Virus record (IMG/VR): IMGVR_UViG_3300044568_003163
Span: 62,001-126,000 of that record
Direction: 5' to 3' (one strand)
DNA: 64,000 nucleotides
The position numbers were made by a program, and so were the translations under genes. The notes under the pieces are model-generated. The model ran no database searches. It saw only the letters and a program-made list of their open reading frames with translations, and was not told the DNA's origin. Shown here piece after piece: positions 14,865-25,127 of the stretch. Every line of letters starts with the position of its first letter. The stretch's first letter is position 1.

Positions 14865-16064
14865 TTAGTCTTCAATTACTTCTTCGATAAATTGTTCAAC
14901 ATCTGAGTCGAAGTCTTCCTCATCTGGTGTTTTGTCAGTGATACCGAAGATTTTGTTAAACTTAGCTTCTTCAGAAAGTAAGATTTCCTTTTCTTTCTGA
15001 AGACGTTTCTTAATATCATCGTCTCTATCTAGACGTTTTTGGTCGTATTCAACTTCGTTTACGTTATCTAAAGAGAAGTAAATCTTTTCATGTTTAAATC
15101 CTCGACGGTTTTTAGTTACTTTTGCGTATCTATCACCAGAGAATTCAGATGAATATCGAAGTTCAATCATTCCGGTAGTATTGTGTTTTAATTTATTGGA
15201 TCCTACGAAATTACCACCTTTGGTAACTTGTTGAATCGCTAAAAATGAAGTGTATTTGTTTTCGGCATTTTTACCTTTATTGTTTTGGACCATTATATCA
15301 ATCATCCATTTTTCAGCTTGAGTACGATTCATTCCTGAAGAAGCTTGAATAGATTCTTGAACCTCGACGAAGGAGTCGATAAGTATAATATCCCATCCTT
15401 GATTGTAGGTTGATTCTAATACTTCGGCAGCATTATCATCGAGATAATCACAAAGAAATAATGTAGGGATTTTACCGAAAGCTGGATATCGTTGAACATA
15501 ACCAAACATATCGATATCGTTCATTTCGCCTGAGATAAATAAGACCTTTTTAGAAGGGTCGTTTTTCTTGATTTTTGCAAGGATATCAAGAGTTTGAGTA
15601 GATTTACCAATTCCTGGGTCACCTATAATCATGTAGTTTGTAGCAGGATAGATTCCACCTTCAGATGAAAACATATAGTCGATTGAATCGTTAGTTTTCA
15701 TTGGAATAAAGATTGAAGGGTCGTAAGATAAATCAGCAACTTGTACTAAGTTAATTTTTACTGGAGTTTTAATCATAGGATTTACGGTAGAAGTCGAAGT
15801 TTTTCCTTTGAAAGGTACGATGAAATATTCATCTTTTTTATCTGAATTGGATTTTAAAACCCAGTGTTGATTTGAACGATACATTCCTTGGAATGTAAAA
15901 TCAGTGTTTTCGAATTGTTCGCCTATCGTGTATTGATTTGCGAATTTAGAAGCCTGAAAACGTTTTTGGCATTTAATAAGGATTGCGTTTGAAGTTTCGA
16001 TTCTTTCCATAAATAGTGTAATTAGATTAATTTGATATACAAATATAACACATATATTTGACAA
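14865..16064 (-). CDS. RadA/Sms-like RecA-superfamily ATPase
   Basis: GDPGIGKST, ISGEM, ILIDS, QVTKGG..VG..LKH, KNR; true start about 16008. Confidence 0.85.
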   Translation of the reverse strand: MSNICVIFVYQINLITLFMERIETSNAILIKCQKRFQASKFANQYTIGEQFENTDFTFQGMYRSNQHWVLKSNSDKKDEYFIVPFKGKTSTSTVNPMIKTPVKINLVQVADLSYDPSIFIPMKTNDSIDYMFSSEGGIYPATNYMIIGDPGIGKSTQTLDILAKIKKNDPSKKVLFISGEMNDIDMFGYVQRYPAFGKIPTLFLCDYLDDNAAEVLESTYNQGWDIILIDSFVEVQESIQASSGMNRTQAEKWMIDIMVQNNKGKNAENKYTSFLAIQQVTKGGNFVGSNKLKHNTTGMIELRYSSEFSGDRYAKVTKNRRGFKHEKIYFSLDNVNEVEYDQKRLDRDDDIKKRLQKEKEILLSEEAKFNKIFGITDKTPDEEDFDSDVEQFIEEVIED

Positions 16065-16096
16065 TAAAAAATGTTTTGACTAAAAGTTATTAACAA
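16039..16096 (-). promoter_or_regulatory. class I promoter cassette
   Basis: Box at 16086; offset 46. Confidence 0.75.
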
Positions 16097-16102
16097 TTTG
16101 AA

Positions 16103-16318
16103 TTAATAAATTTTTGCAAAAACACTATCGTTGACAAATTCCGAATTTTGATTTATCTCTTCGATCTGTTCATCGGTCATAGGCACTCCATCGTAATCAG
16201 CAGACACAATATAAGCGTCGCAGAAATCTGGATAATCTTTAAAGTCGATATTATCTACTACTACGTTACTGATTTTTTTGACGTCGATTTCTTCTTTAGG
16301 ATTTTTTGAATTTTTCAT
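16103..16318 (-). CDS. small conserved phage protein
   Basis: DYPDFCDAYI motif. Confidence 0.65.
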   Translation of the reverse strand: MKNSKNPKEEIDVKKISNVVVDNIDFKDYPDFCDAYIVSADYDGVPMTDEQIEEINQNSEFVNDSVFAKIY

Positions 16319-16342
16319 AATTGTATTGGTTTAAATTGATAT

Positions 16343-16400
16343 ACAAATATAAGCAAAAAACTCGACATATGGAAATGTCGAGTCATATAGTTATTAACAA
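16343..16400 (-). promoter_or_regulatory. class I promoter cassette with embedded hairpin
   Basis: CTCGACAT..ATGTCGAG; box at 16390. Confidence 0.75.
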
Positions 16401-16425
16401 TAAAATGTATTCAGGCGCTTGTTAA

Positions 16426-16917
16426 TTATTTAATTGTTAAAGTTTTCGGTTTAGCTTCTTCAGCAATTGGAATATCGATGGTCAGTAAACCATGTTCCAT
16501 TTCTGCTTCTGCGAGGCTCAAGTTAAATTTAGACAAAGGTATTCGATAACCTAAGTCAAACGATTTACGGGAAATACCTTTATGGTAGTAGTTTCTCTTT
16601 GTACTCTCTTCAACGTCTTTGTTGTGAGAGATTTTAAGGACATCGCCTTCAATTGAGATGTTGATGTCTTCTTTAGTTAGACCTGTTCCGGCAACTGCAA
16701 AATGTAGGCCGGCTTCATCTTCGTATATGTCTACAGGATGACCAATTCGAGTATCAATCACTGGAGCGAAGAATGAATCGTTGTTAAAGAAGTTTTTAAA
16801 TAAGACGTCAAATGCGTCCATGTCTCTAGTTATTCTAGTGTGTGTCATAGTTCTTAAATCTATTTTTTTTATTTTTGACTCTCGTTCGATGAGTCTTTGA
16901 ATGCGCCTGAGATACAT
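16426..16917 (-). CDS. Hsp20/alpha-crystallin small heat-shock protein
   Basis: PVDIYE, HKGIS.KSF, AEMEHGLLTI. Confidence 0.9.
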   Translation of the reverse strand: MYLRRIQRLIERESKIKKIDLRTMTHTRITRDMDAFDVLFKNFFNNDSFFAPVIDTRIGHPVDIYEDEAGLHFAVAGTGLTKEDINISIEGDVLKISHNKDVEESTKRNYYHKGISRKSFDLGYRIPLSKFNLSLAEAEMEHGLLTIDIPIAEEAKPKTLTIK

Positions 16918-16939
16918 TCATTTTATTTATCTTTGTTGA

Positions 16940-17410
16940 TTAGGCAAGCATATGAAGATTAGTTCTCAAAGCTCCAATAGCAGCATCAAAGGTTTCAAAT
17001 ACCGGTATTCCTGCTCGTGAGCAAATAATATCTACATTACCTTTTCGCCAAAATCCGGTAGGACAACAGACAATTACACGTTGATGAATTGCAGCACATA
17101 CACCTAATTCCATTAATGTGATAGGACTTTTTGTGTCTGGTAAGATATTAAAGAATGCAATATCCGATTCAGTTAATTGAGTCAATTCCCAATTTACTTG
17201 ATGATTGAATTCTGGATTACTTTCCTTTTGTTCCCATGAAGAATCCCAATCATCTCTTCGAGGATTTAAGAAAGTAACATCTTCGTCTTTAAAGATTTCA
17301 GTGATTGCAGTTTGCCAATCTTCGGCAACTCCCATTTCAATGGAACCAGCTAAAAATACGCTGGTTCCATCTATGATTTGGTCTGATGAATTTGGTTTAA
17401 TTACTTGCAT
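16940..17410 (-). CDS. nucleoside 2-deoxyribosyltransferase-like protein
   Basis: VFLAGSI, NPRR, QVNWEL, SPITLMELG. Confidence 0.85.
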   Translation of the reverse strand: MQVIKPNSSDQIIDGTSVFLAGSIEMGVAEDWQTAITEIFKDEDVTFLNPRRDDWDSSWEQKESNPEFNHQVNWELTQLTESDIAFFNILPDTKSPITLMELGVCAAIHQRVIVCCPTGFWRKGNVDIICSRAGIPVFETFDAAIGALRTNLHMLA

Positions 17411-18932
17411 TAGACAATTCCATTACTTTAGCTCGGATAGCTGTTAATGTTGTTCGATTATAGAATTTTCCATTTTCATAAATCGTTTGTAAGATACCCA
17501 TATCTTCTTCAGTGTCGTTACATTGAGTTTGAACTACATAAGTTCCATCAACTTCAACAACTGCACATTTACCCTTTAATGACTTTTTAGTACCATCATC
17601 GGTAATTGGATCTTTAAAGATATCGTAACCTACTCCATTTGCCTCAAACCAAGCACCTTTTGCAGCATAACCGAAAGTATCACGAGTTGTAAATTGATAT
17701 GTGAATGAACCTACACCTAATACAATATTCGTTGAAGCAAATCCTTTAGCTTCTAATCTTTCGTAGATTTGGATTTGTCTTTCTAGATTAATTGAGTCTC
17801 CGTAGATAGCACCAATATGTGGATCTAGAACTTTATAACCTTGTTCGTTGATTGTACCACCAAAGATATCCCAAAGTAATTCAATAACACCTTTAAATTC
17901 TGGCACATAAACATCTTCATCAATTTCTTCGGCAGTTAAAAGTTTATCACCTGATTGGTACATTCCTCTTCCGCAAATAATATCTACCGGATCACCTGAA
18001 TCAGGACGAATAACCAATTTACCGTCACGTGACATGATTTGCTCTTTGTTTGCAGGCAAATACTCAGTAATCAATTTCCATAAGTCGAATGTGTCAGCCA
18101 CAATAGAAAGTATTCCTTTATCAAATTCAGTTAACCAATCAGAAATCATTTGTTGTTCACCTACCGTAAAGATTTTAGTAGTTGATACTGAGTGCTCAGA
18201 AGCATTTACTGAATTGATACAAACTTCGTTTTCTGGTTCGTCATAAAAATAACGAGCACCTGGAATAACTATGATTGAGTCAGATCCTCGGAATGAGAAT
18301 GCATGACCTAATCCAGAAGATAAACTATCCCATGGAGAAAGTCCTCTGGCAGAAAAATCATGACATAAGAAGTCGATTAACCAAGCATTTGCAGGATCAG
18401 TTTTCATTACCCATTTAACAAGGTTTCTACGGTATTGTAATGCATAAGTTGCAGATGTAGCTGGTTTCCAAGCTAAAGAAGAGATAATAGTTTCTAAGTA
18501 CAATGTCAACCAAGCAAAACCTTTAACAGTATTGATGAATGTCATATGAGGTACATTAGGATCAGTTTCAATTCCTTCTGGAAGAGCTTTGATACGAATA
18601 GGTAAGTAACCTAAATCATGGAGTGATTCAAAGTGCGAAGCATCGTAAGGCATACCTAAATATTGAGACATATCCACTCCAAATTGAGTAGCTGTTTCTT
18701 TTGGCATGTCGAAGAAATTTTCTTGCCATTCTGCATGCAACCAACTTACCGTTAATTGATGTCCAACCGAAAGAATTTTATTAACACCTTTTGGTGCATG
18801 TTTTAAACTTCTAGGAATCCAAGTTCCATATAAGAAATCTGTACCAGGAGCAAGCATCCTTTTATGGCCGACTTTGTAACCATCAGAATAAAAAGGAGCA
18901 GGTGCTCGAAATGTTTTTTGTAGTTTTAACAT
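17397..18932 (-). CDS. nadV: nicotinamide phosphoribosyltransferase-like (NAMPT/Namat)
   Basis: DGYKVGH, HDFSARG, ASEHS, IRPDSGDP, IYGDSI, KKSLKG. Confidence 0.9.
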   Translation of the reverse strand: MLKLQKTFRAPAPFYSDGYKVGHKRMLAPGTDFLYGTWIPRSLKHAPKGVNKILSVGHQLTVSWLHAEWQENFFDMPKETATQFGVDMSQYLGMPYDASHFESLHDLGYLPIRIKALPEGIETDPNVPHMTFINTVKGFAWLTLYLETIISSLAWKPATSATYALQYRRNLVKWVMKTDPANAWLIDFLCHDFSARGLSPWDSLSSGLGHAFSFRGSDSIIVIPGARYFYDEPENEVCINSVNASEHSVSTTKIFTVGEQQMISDWLTEFDKGILSIVADTFDLWKLITEYLPANKEQIMSRDGKLVIRPDSGDPVDIICGRGMYQSGDKLLTAEEIDEDVYVPEFKGVIELLWDIFGGTINEQGYKVLDPHIGAIYGDSINLERQIQIYERLEAKGFASTNIVLGVGSFTYQFTTRDTFGYAAKGAWFEANGVGYDIFKDPITDDGTKKSLKGKCAVVEVDGTYVVQTQCNDTEEDMGILQTIYENGKFYNRTTLTAIRAKVMELSNASN

Positions 18933-18953
18933 AATATTGATTTTAATTATAAG

Positions 18954-19010
18954 ACAAATATAAACAATTGCCTCGACATACTAAAATATCGAGGCTTAAG
19001 TTATTAACAA
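18954..19010 (-). promoter_or_regulatory. class I promoter cassette with embedded hairpin
   Basis: Box at 19000; offset 45. Confidence 0.75.
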
Positions 19011-19357
19011 TTAATTCCCTTTTCTTTTAGGAATTGTCGAATCTGATATTCAACCGTAGGGATTATCATACCAGCTTTAACCAAAGACTCTAAACTTTCT
19101 AAATCAGCATTGATGTTAAATCGTTTTAGGATTTCAGCTTTGTGTGCTTCTGGATTTTGATGCTTTGCAACAAAGGCGGGCAAAGCCATTTTAGTAATCG
19201 TATTTGTTTCTAAATCGATAGTGTGAACGTCGTTAGCCGTTGACATATATTTAGCATGATACAATACCCAACGTGGACTTCTCCAAGCTATTTTATTAGA
19301 AGCTCCTTTTCTAATTACTTGACCTCTCGAATTTGTGACTGTGTAAATTTTACTCAT
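19004..19357 (-). CDS. hypothetical protein
   Basis: ORF track. Confidence 0.6.
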   Translation of the reverse strand: MSKIYTVTNSRGQVIRKGASNKIAWRSPRWVLYHAKYMSTANDVHTIDLETNTITKMALPAFVAKHQNPEAHKAEILKRFNINADLESLESLVKAGMIIPTVEYQIRQFLKEKGINC

Positions 19358-19658
19358 TTGGTTTTGTTAATTTAAGTTCTTGACTATCTGTTTCAATTTT
19401 CACTTCGGTTGCATCTGAATTTTTTGAATATTCTTTAAGAAGTTCAATAGTTCCATCAACTCCTTTTTTAATACCTTCATTGTATTTTTGGTCAGAAATT
19501 AACCCAACTCCAATTGCGATTATTAGCCAACCTATCGCAGATTTCCAAGCTGCCAAATGAATAGAAAATGGATTGAATGTTATTGTTGTTTCTGCAATAA
19601 AAAGGAAAGCTGCTATACAGATGATAGAGCTGATAATTAATGATGTGTACATTTTCAT
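19350..19658 (-). CDS. membrane protein
   Basis: Two TM segments. Confidence 0.6.
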   Translation of the reverse strand: MKMYTSLIISSIICIAAFLFIAETTITFNPFSIHLAAWKSAIGWLIIAIGVGLISDQKYNEGIKKGVDGTIELLKEYSKNSDATEVKIETDSQELKLTKPNE

Positions 19659-20326
19659 TATGGTTTATAGTTTACAATTGTTATTTTACAATCTTTTAAT
19701 TCAGTTTGAATGATTTTCTTAACGATTTCCCAATCACCACCAGCAAGTCCACAACCAATTCTAGGGAGACCGATGTGTTTGCCTTTAAATCGATAATTGA
19801 TTTTTTTCATACACATCTCGATAGCAGCATAATCAACTGGATTTTCATCTCCATCTTTATGATTTCTACCGTATTTGTATTGTGTATATGCATTGACTAC
19901 TTCTAATCTTCTGCGTTGGCCATCTTCATCAAAGACATACCAAGCATAATGTTCGATATTTCCTAATTTGGTCATATCACCTTTACGGTCTGGAAAATCC
20001 GTAGATTCTCCATGATATTTTTCAGGGTCATTACAGGAAAATGCCTTTGCCATTTGTGGTGCAATTCCAGCACCCATTTGACAGAAGCAATTGCAGCCAT
20101 GAGCAATCACATCGAAATTAGCTCGTTGAGCCAACTTTATTAAATCACCATCGATTTCTCGGTAATTTGTACCATTCCATTCATGTGGAAATTCTCGCAT
20201 AATTTGATCTGGTGACATATTAAAAAATTGATTGAACTTTAAGTTTGTGCATTTCGTTGTCGTTTGCAAGTGAGAATCCTGCATTGTCTGTTGCATGAAT
20301 AGAATCGGTAGTATAGATTCCATCAA
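19658..20326 (-). CDS. Macro-domain (ADP-ribose-binding/hydrolase) protein
   Basis: GDL, HGCNC..MGAGIA, PRIGCGLAGG; true start probably near 20200-20220. Confidence 0.9.
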   Translation of the reverse strand: MMESILPILFMQQTMQDSHLQTTTKCTNLKFNQFFNMSPDQIMREFPHEWNGTNYREIDGDLIKLAQRANFDVIAHGCNCFCQMGAGIAPQMAKAFSCNDPEKYHGESTDFPDRKGDMTKLGNIEHYAWYVFDEDGQRRRLEVVNAYTQYKYGRNHKDGDENPVDYAAIEMCMKKINYRFKGKHIGLPRIGCGLAGGDWEIVKKIIQTELKDCKITIVNYKP

Positions 20327-21140
20327 ATGTTTCGTTTAAAGGTTTAAGTCCAGCAGAAAATAATCCATGAGTTACTACTAAGAAAATTTTATCATTGAAT
20401 TTATCTTTTGGTCTTTGTAAGCGAATAGCTTTTGCAAGTTCAGTAAAAGTTCTACCACCATCGCAAATATCATCAAGAATAAAGTAAGCTTTGCTATCAG
20501 CATCTTCACCTAGATTAGGCACTTCCGTATGAGTGATTTTACCTGTGGTTATATCTCTATGTTTAGATGCAATTAAGATGTCTTTATTAAAACCTAAAGC
20601 TTCGGCAGCATGATAAACTTTCTTTAGAGCACCTGCATCCGGAGAAACTAACTCAACGTTAGTATAATCACTTTTAGGTAATTTGATTACATTAGCAAAA
20701 TAATCTACTATTGCAAATTGAACAACACCTACATTTGTGAACTTTTCAAAGTTATCTAAACAAGCTTCTAACACATCTGAATGTGGATCTACTACGGTAA
20801 CTTTGTTAAATTTTTGTAGATTGATTATCGGACATACTACATTTTTAAGGTAGTTTACGCTATTTTCTTCGAATCGTCTATCTGACCTAGCTCCTAAAAA
20901 GTAAGGAACGTAAAGTTCAACATGTTCTGAACCTAATTGTCTTAATGTTTGATTAGCCGCAATAATAAGTTCTAAGTCTCTAAATGAATTGAATCGAGAC
21001 TTGATTACTACTCGTTGTAAGGTTTTTTTGAATGCATATCCTTTATTTTCTAAAGTAATCGATTGTTGTCCATCAGGGAATCGAGAGATTTTGAATTGGA
21101 TTTCTGATTTATCAGGGTGTGCTAAATTAAGTACTTTCAT
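20220..21140 (-). CDS. prs: ribose-phosphate pyrophosphokinase-like (Prs/Adps)
   Basis: FPDGQ, PYFLGARSDR, DPHS, SPDAGA, DDICDGGRTF, VTHGLFS. Confidence 0.9.
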   Translation of the reverse strand: MKVLNLAHPDKSEIQFKISRFPDGQQSITLENKGYAFKKTLQRVVIKSRFNSFRDLELIIAANQTLRQLGSEHVELYVPYFLGARSDRRFEENSVNYLKNVVCPIINLQKFNKVTVVDPHSDVLEACLDNFEKFTNVGVVQFAIVDYFANVIKLPKSDYTNVELVSPDAGALKKVYHAAEALGFNKDILIASKHRDITTGKITHTEVPNLGEDADSKAYFILDDICDGGRTFTELAKAIRLQRPKDKFNDKIFLVVTHGLFSAGLKPLNETFDGIYTTDSIHATDNAGFSLANDNEMHKLKVQSIF

Positions 21141-21186
21141 CTGTATAGATTTTATGTAAGTTATATGAACAATTGATTATTAAGTT

Positions 21187-21465
21187 TTAGAATTTGTTGA
21201 ATGCAAATGCACAATAAAAAGTTTCATCATCTAATGTAGAAGTTGAATAGTCATCAATATTATCAGAAAGTTCTTCGATTAACTCATCACTAACTGGAGG
21301 ACTTACATAGAAATTAAAAATCTGCCCATCAATAGATTGAAACATTTCAATGGTATCTATTTGATTGGTATTTTTAAATTCCATTAGCATATCAAATACT
21401 TTAGGATTTAAGTAAGTTTGTTCGTGTTTAGTATGAGCAGTAACCAACGTAATAAATGTTTCCAT
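21187..21465 (-). CDS. hypothetical protein
   Basis: ORF track. Confidence 0.55.
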   Translation of the reverse strand: METFITLVTAHTKHEQTYLNPKVFDMLMEFKNTNQIDTIEMFQSIDGQIFNFYVSPPVSDELIEELSDNIDDYSTSTLDDETFYCAFAFNKF

Positions 21466-22079
21466 TATGCAATGTATAAAATAGTTGGGTTATCTTTATG
21501 TGAGTCCATTTGAGGTAGTTTTCCCATTATCAATAGTTGATTAAGCTTACTGATATTGAATGGACGAGTAATGATATGGAATCCATTTTTAGTAGGTATT
21601 TCAATCATTAGAGGTTCTCTATTTGCTTCTGTTTGCAAATTAGAAATGATTTCCTTTATTTTTTCGATTGCACCAGGAAAGTTCTCATAATCAATCCAAT
21701 CGATATCGATTAACCAAGTTTTATCTGGATCCGAGTGGAATTCACCTGCAATAGATGCATATGAATTTTTGATTGGTCGATAGTTTTCGCTAATGATTAA
21801 ATCAGTAATTCGCTTAAGCATTTGTAAGCCAACTTTTTTAGCATCTCTACGATTTAATCGGAAATATGCTCTGGCGTTTTCATCATTACAAATCTTAATT
21901 ATCTTAGGCATTAGATTATCAAATTGCTCTAATGAATAGATGTAATAATCTCCTAAAACATTCATATCTCGTTCAAGGTCTGGATTGTCCTTTCTACGTT
22001 TAAGTATTTGAAGAAAATAGAAATCGTTAGGCGATTCAAATTTTAAAAGTGGTCTTATTAAGTGGGCATTGTTTATCAT
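21465..22079 (-). CDS. conserved phage protein, possibly AEP/primase-like fold
   Basis: IDID and TKNGFHI resemble AEP motifs I/II. Confidence 0.45.
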   Translation of the reverse strand: MINNAHLIRPLLKFESPNDFYFLQILKRRKDNPDLERDMNVLGDYYIYSLEQFDNLMPKIIKICNDENARAYFRLNRRDAKKVGLQMLKRITDLIISENYRPIKNSYASIAGEFHSDPDKTWLIDIDWIDYENFPGAIEKIKEIISNLQTEANREPLMIEIPTKNGFHIITRPFNISKLNQLLIMGKLPQMDSHKDNPTILYIA

Positions 22080-22088
22080 ATCGTGGGT

Positions 22089-22319
22089 TTAATTAACTTT
22101 AATTTCTAATTCAAATTCGCTGATTTCAATAGCAAATTCTCGTGATATATTTTCGATGTCCTCTATCGAAAGCTCAATCCATTTTTCATCAAAGTAATAT
22201 TCGAAAAATTCTTTACGTTGTCTAAATGAACCAATCAATTGAGGTAGTAATTTTTCGATGAGTTCCTTTTCGAATCCACCAATAACTCCTTCTTTTATTT
22301 GTATTAATCTCTTTATCAT
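22089..22319 (-). CDS. hypothetical protein
   Basis: ORF track. Confidence 0.55.
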   Translation of the reverse strand: MIKRLIQIKEGVIGGFEKELIEKLLPQLIGSFRQRKEFFEYYFDEKWIELSIEDIENISREFAIEISEFELEIKVN

Positions 22320-22501
22320 ATCGTTTGTTTTTATCTGTCAGCTAATCTTTTGAATACGTCAATGTTTTGCATTATTTTCTCGTTTAAGATTTTCATCTTG
22401 TCATCTAAGAATTTTTTGTACTCAGCGTCGTTCTTGAATTGTTTTTTGTCGTAGTTCAATTTCGCAGTCTGTGTCATAATTTTGAAGTATTAATTTATAA
22501 G

Positions 22502-22569
22502 ACAAATATAATCAAAAAGCTCGATACGTGGAAATATCGAGCTTATTATTTTCAAAAAGTTATTAACAA
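22502..22569 (-). promoter_or_regulatory. class I promoter cassette with embedded hairpin
   Basis: Box at 22559; offset 56. Confidence 0.7.
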
Positions 22570-22570
22570 T

Positions 22571-23005
22571 CTAGCGAAGTTCAAATGCAGTTTTTGTGAA
22601 CCTTACGGTTGCAGTTGCATCACAAGCTTCTTTGAACATCTTAAATGGTCGTCCACCTCTAACTGGCCTTCCAGTAGGAGTAGTAAGTTCGGTCCAACCT
22701 GATCTTTCATGATTGTTCGATGTACCCCATAAAATATAATATCGATAACCTTTAGTGTGAGCATTCCAACTAATATTACTACCGAAACGATAAGTGAATT
22801 CCTGAAAATGTCCTAGTTTATCAAACTTAGGTTTAACTTTCGTTTTGATTAAAGCTATATGTCGAGGATGGAATTCACCATCATCAGTTTTTTGCCAAGC
22901 AGAAAAGGTCATCAAAGCTTCTACTGGACCCATTAGCTCATGTCGTATAATTATTTTAGGTTGTTTGAACATTGTATTATTTTTTAAATTGATATAAGAT
23001 TGCAA
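22571..23005 (-). CDS. hypothetical protein
   Basis: ORF track. Confidence 0.55.
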   Translation of the reverse strand: MQSYINLKNNTMFKQPKIIIRHELMGPVEALMTFSAWQKTDDGEFHPRHIALIKTKVKPKFDKLGHFQEFTYRFGSNISWNAHTKGYRYYILWGTSNNHERSGWTELTTPTGRPVRGGRPFKMFKEACDATATVRFTKTAFELR

Positions 23006-23456
23006 TGAACTCGGTGAACGTTACTTGTTTGTCTATCCGTAAAAGGATATTTGCTGCATAAGTAGAATTACCGACATAAACAAAAGGAGCTTTCAGAGTG
23101 CAAATTATGTTTGATGCATATTGTGAATTACCGGAATATAAGTAAGGACCTTTCATATTTGAAATAATGCTCGACTCATAATATGAGTTTTGCTTATATA
23201 CGAATAAATCCTTAGTGGTATAAATTATTTGACCGGTGTAATCGCAATCACATAGATAGATTTTATCACCTTTAATAGTGCATAAAATATCTGAACGATA
23301 TGTAGATTTACCTTTGTACAATTTGCCATCATTTAAAGTAAATAAAATATCCGAATCATAAGTAGAATTTCCTTTGTAGACATAAGTCTGAGCGGCTGCA
23401 ATACAACTTACGAAAAGTAATAAAGCAATGAGTAATTTTTTAATTTGCATTTTCAT
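22977..23456 (-). CDS. secreted repeat protein
   Basis: Signal peptide; repeated YKG.S.Y.S.I units of ~19 aa. Confidence 0.7.
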   Translation of the reverse strand: MKMQIKKLLIALLLFVSCIAAAQTYVYKGNSTYDSDILFTLNDGKLYKGKSTYRSDILCTIKGDKIYLCDCDYTGQIIYTTKDLFVYKQNSYYESSIISNMKGPYLYSGNSQYASNIICTLKAPFVYVGNSTYAANILLRIDKQVTFTEFIAILYQFKK

Positions 23457-24651
23457 AATTTAAAAGTTCGAATGTACGAGTTGAATTCATTAACATTACT
23501 TTACCGTAAGATAATCCAAGAGCAGAGCAACATTGAATATAGTTATTTGGTGATTGACCATCTAAACCAATAAGGTCGAATGTATCAATTAGAGTGTTTA
23601 GTGCATGTAAACCAGTTTTTGATTCGTAAAATACTTTACCTGCAAAATACATCCTAGCTCGATTTGGCATAATACCAGTTTTTACGAAAGGACGTAGAAT
23701 TTTATCTAATTCCTTAATACCAGTATTTGCATTTTTTATACCAGAGAAATCCAATTCGCTTTTAGGATTTGGAGTAGCAGAAATCATATTTTCATAAGCT
23801 TTAATATGCATTAGAGCTTGAGCCCATTCGATTGGTGTATTTTCTAAAGTTAAATTATGTTTACGAGCTTGCATAATAGACATTTCGCGAAAAGCAAATT
23901 GACGTAACATTGATGCATGAACACCTTCGTTTATCGATAAATCCGAACCTGCATTTTTGAAGTTGTTAGCGATTTGATAAAATACATTATGTGGATCAGC
24001 AATACCATTATGTAGCATTGTAGATAATTGGGTTTGACCATCATGTTTATCGCGAGTTTGTGCATATGTTTGTGCAATTTTATAAGCACGGGTAATAACA
24101 TCAGATTGAACGAATTTAGTTACATTTGCCGGAATTGGATATGTTTGTGAAGTTTCTGGAATGTTAACTAAAACGATATTTGAATTCCATGTTAAAGGAA
24201 CGAGAGTTTCGATTGATTTAACATGAGACATCCAACGAGATTTTGCAGTCATTTTGTGACATGTATCATCGACCAAAGCTGAATCGATTATTTCGTAAGG
24301 AATATCTAAATTAAGCAAATCGATAGAATGCCACATTGCAAAAAGAGGTTGGTCAATAACTAATTTAGTAAAACCATAGTTTTTTGCTAAATGATTAATG
24401 TGTGCAATTGGATTAGATTCCTTAAATACAAAGAGTTTACCGCTTTTAGATTGCAAAGAATTATCGAATTGATGCAATGAATGATAGAATGCATCTAAAT
24501 TAGCTTGTGAACATTTTTTGTATATTTGTTGCTCACGTTTACCTGCAAAATAGTAAGGAGAGTAATAAATAAATGTACACTCGCCGGATAATTTAGAAGT
24601 TAATCGAGAATCTTGACGAAATGAATTTGTAATCCAAACTAATGTTTTCAT
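23440..24651 (-). CDS. divergent DNA photolyase/cryptochrome-like protein
   Basis: N-terminal LVW..SFR.D, TGI..LD, G.MPNRARM, DG.SPNN. Confidence 0.7.
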   Translation of the reverse strand: MKTLVWITNSFRQDSRLTSKLSGECTFIYYSPYYFAGKREQQIYKKCSQANLDAFYHSLHQFDNSLQSKSGKLFVFKESNPIAHINHLAKNYGFTKLVIDQPLFAMWHSIDLLNLDIPYEIIDSALVDDTCHKMTAKSRWMSHVKSIETLVPLTWNSNIVLVNIPETSQTYPIPANVTKFVQSDVITRAYKIAQTYAQTRDKHDGQTQLSTMLHNGIADPHNVFYQIANNFKNAGSDLSINEGVHASMLRQFAFREMSIMQARKHNLTLENTPIEWAQALMHIKAYENMISATPNPKSELDFSGIKNANTGIKELDKILRPFVKTGIMPNRARMYFAGKVFYESKTGLHALNTLIDTFDLIGLDGQSPNNYIQCCSALGLSYGKVMLMNSTRTFELLNYENAN

Positions 24652-24710
24652 ATATTTTGTTTAATTTTATAAGACAAATATAAAACAAATTCCCGATACT
24701 TGAAAATTTA

Positions 24711-25127
24711 TTATGTTAAATTTTCAATTTGTTTTACCTTTTCTTGATATTCTTTATATGCAATACTTTTCAAATGGTCTTTATTTTCTTTGAGTAGCTT
24801 TTTAGCTAACAAATCGGCTGCTATATTTACAGGAGCCTTAGTGATTTTATATCCTTCAACCTCGTATGTTGAATGGTCGCAATGCCAATCAATAGAAACA
24901 TGAGTACATCCGATACTCTTCATATTATTTACTAGATTAAGGATATGGTCAATGTGAATCGGTTCGCCGTCGTTATTACCATATCCATTAGTATGATTGA
25001 TTTGATAATCTTCATAGACATCCTCGTCGAAGCCGAATTCATCTCGTAATAAAGAATTAGTATCTTCAGTTTCGTCTACGGTTATTAATTCTTGATTGAT
25101 GTAAAGCAATGGTAATTTGTTATTCAT
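24711..25127 (-). CDS. hypothetical protein
   Basis: ORF track. Confidence 0.6.
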   Translation of the reverse strand: MNNKLPLLYINQELITVDETEDTNSLLRDEFGFDEDVYEDYQINHTNGYGNNDGEPIHIDHILNLVNNMKSIGCTHVSIDWHCDHSTYEVEGYKITKAPVNIAADLLAKKLLKENKDHLKSIAYKEYQEKVKQIENLT

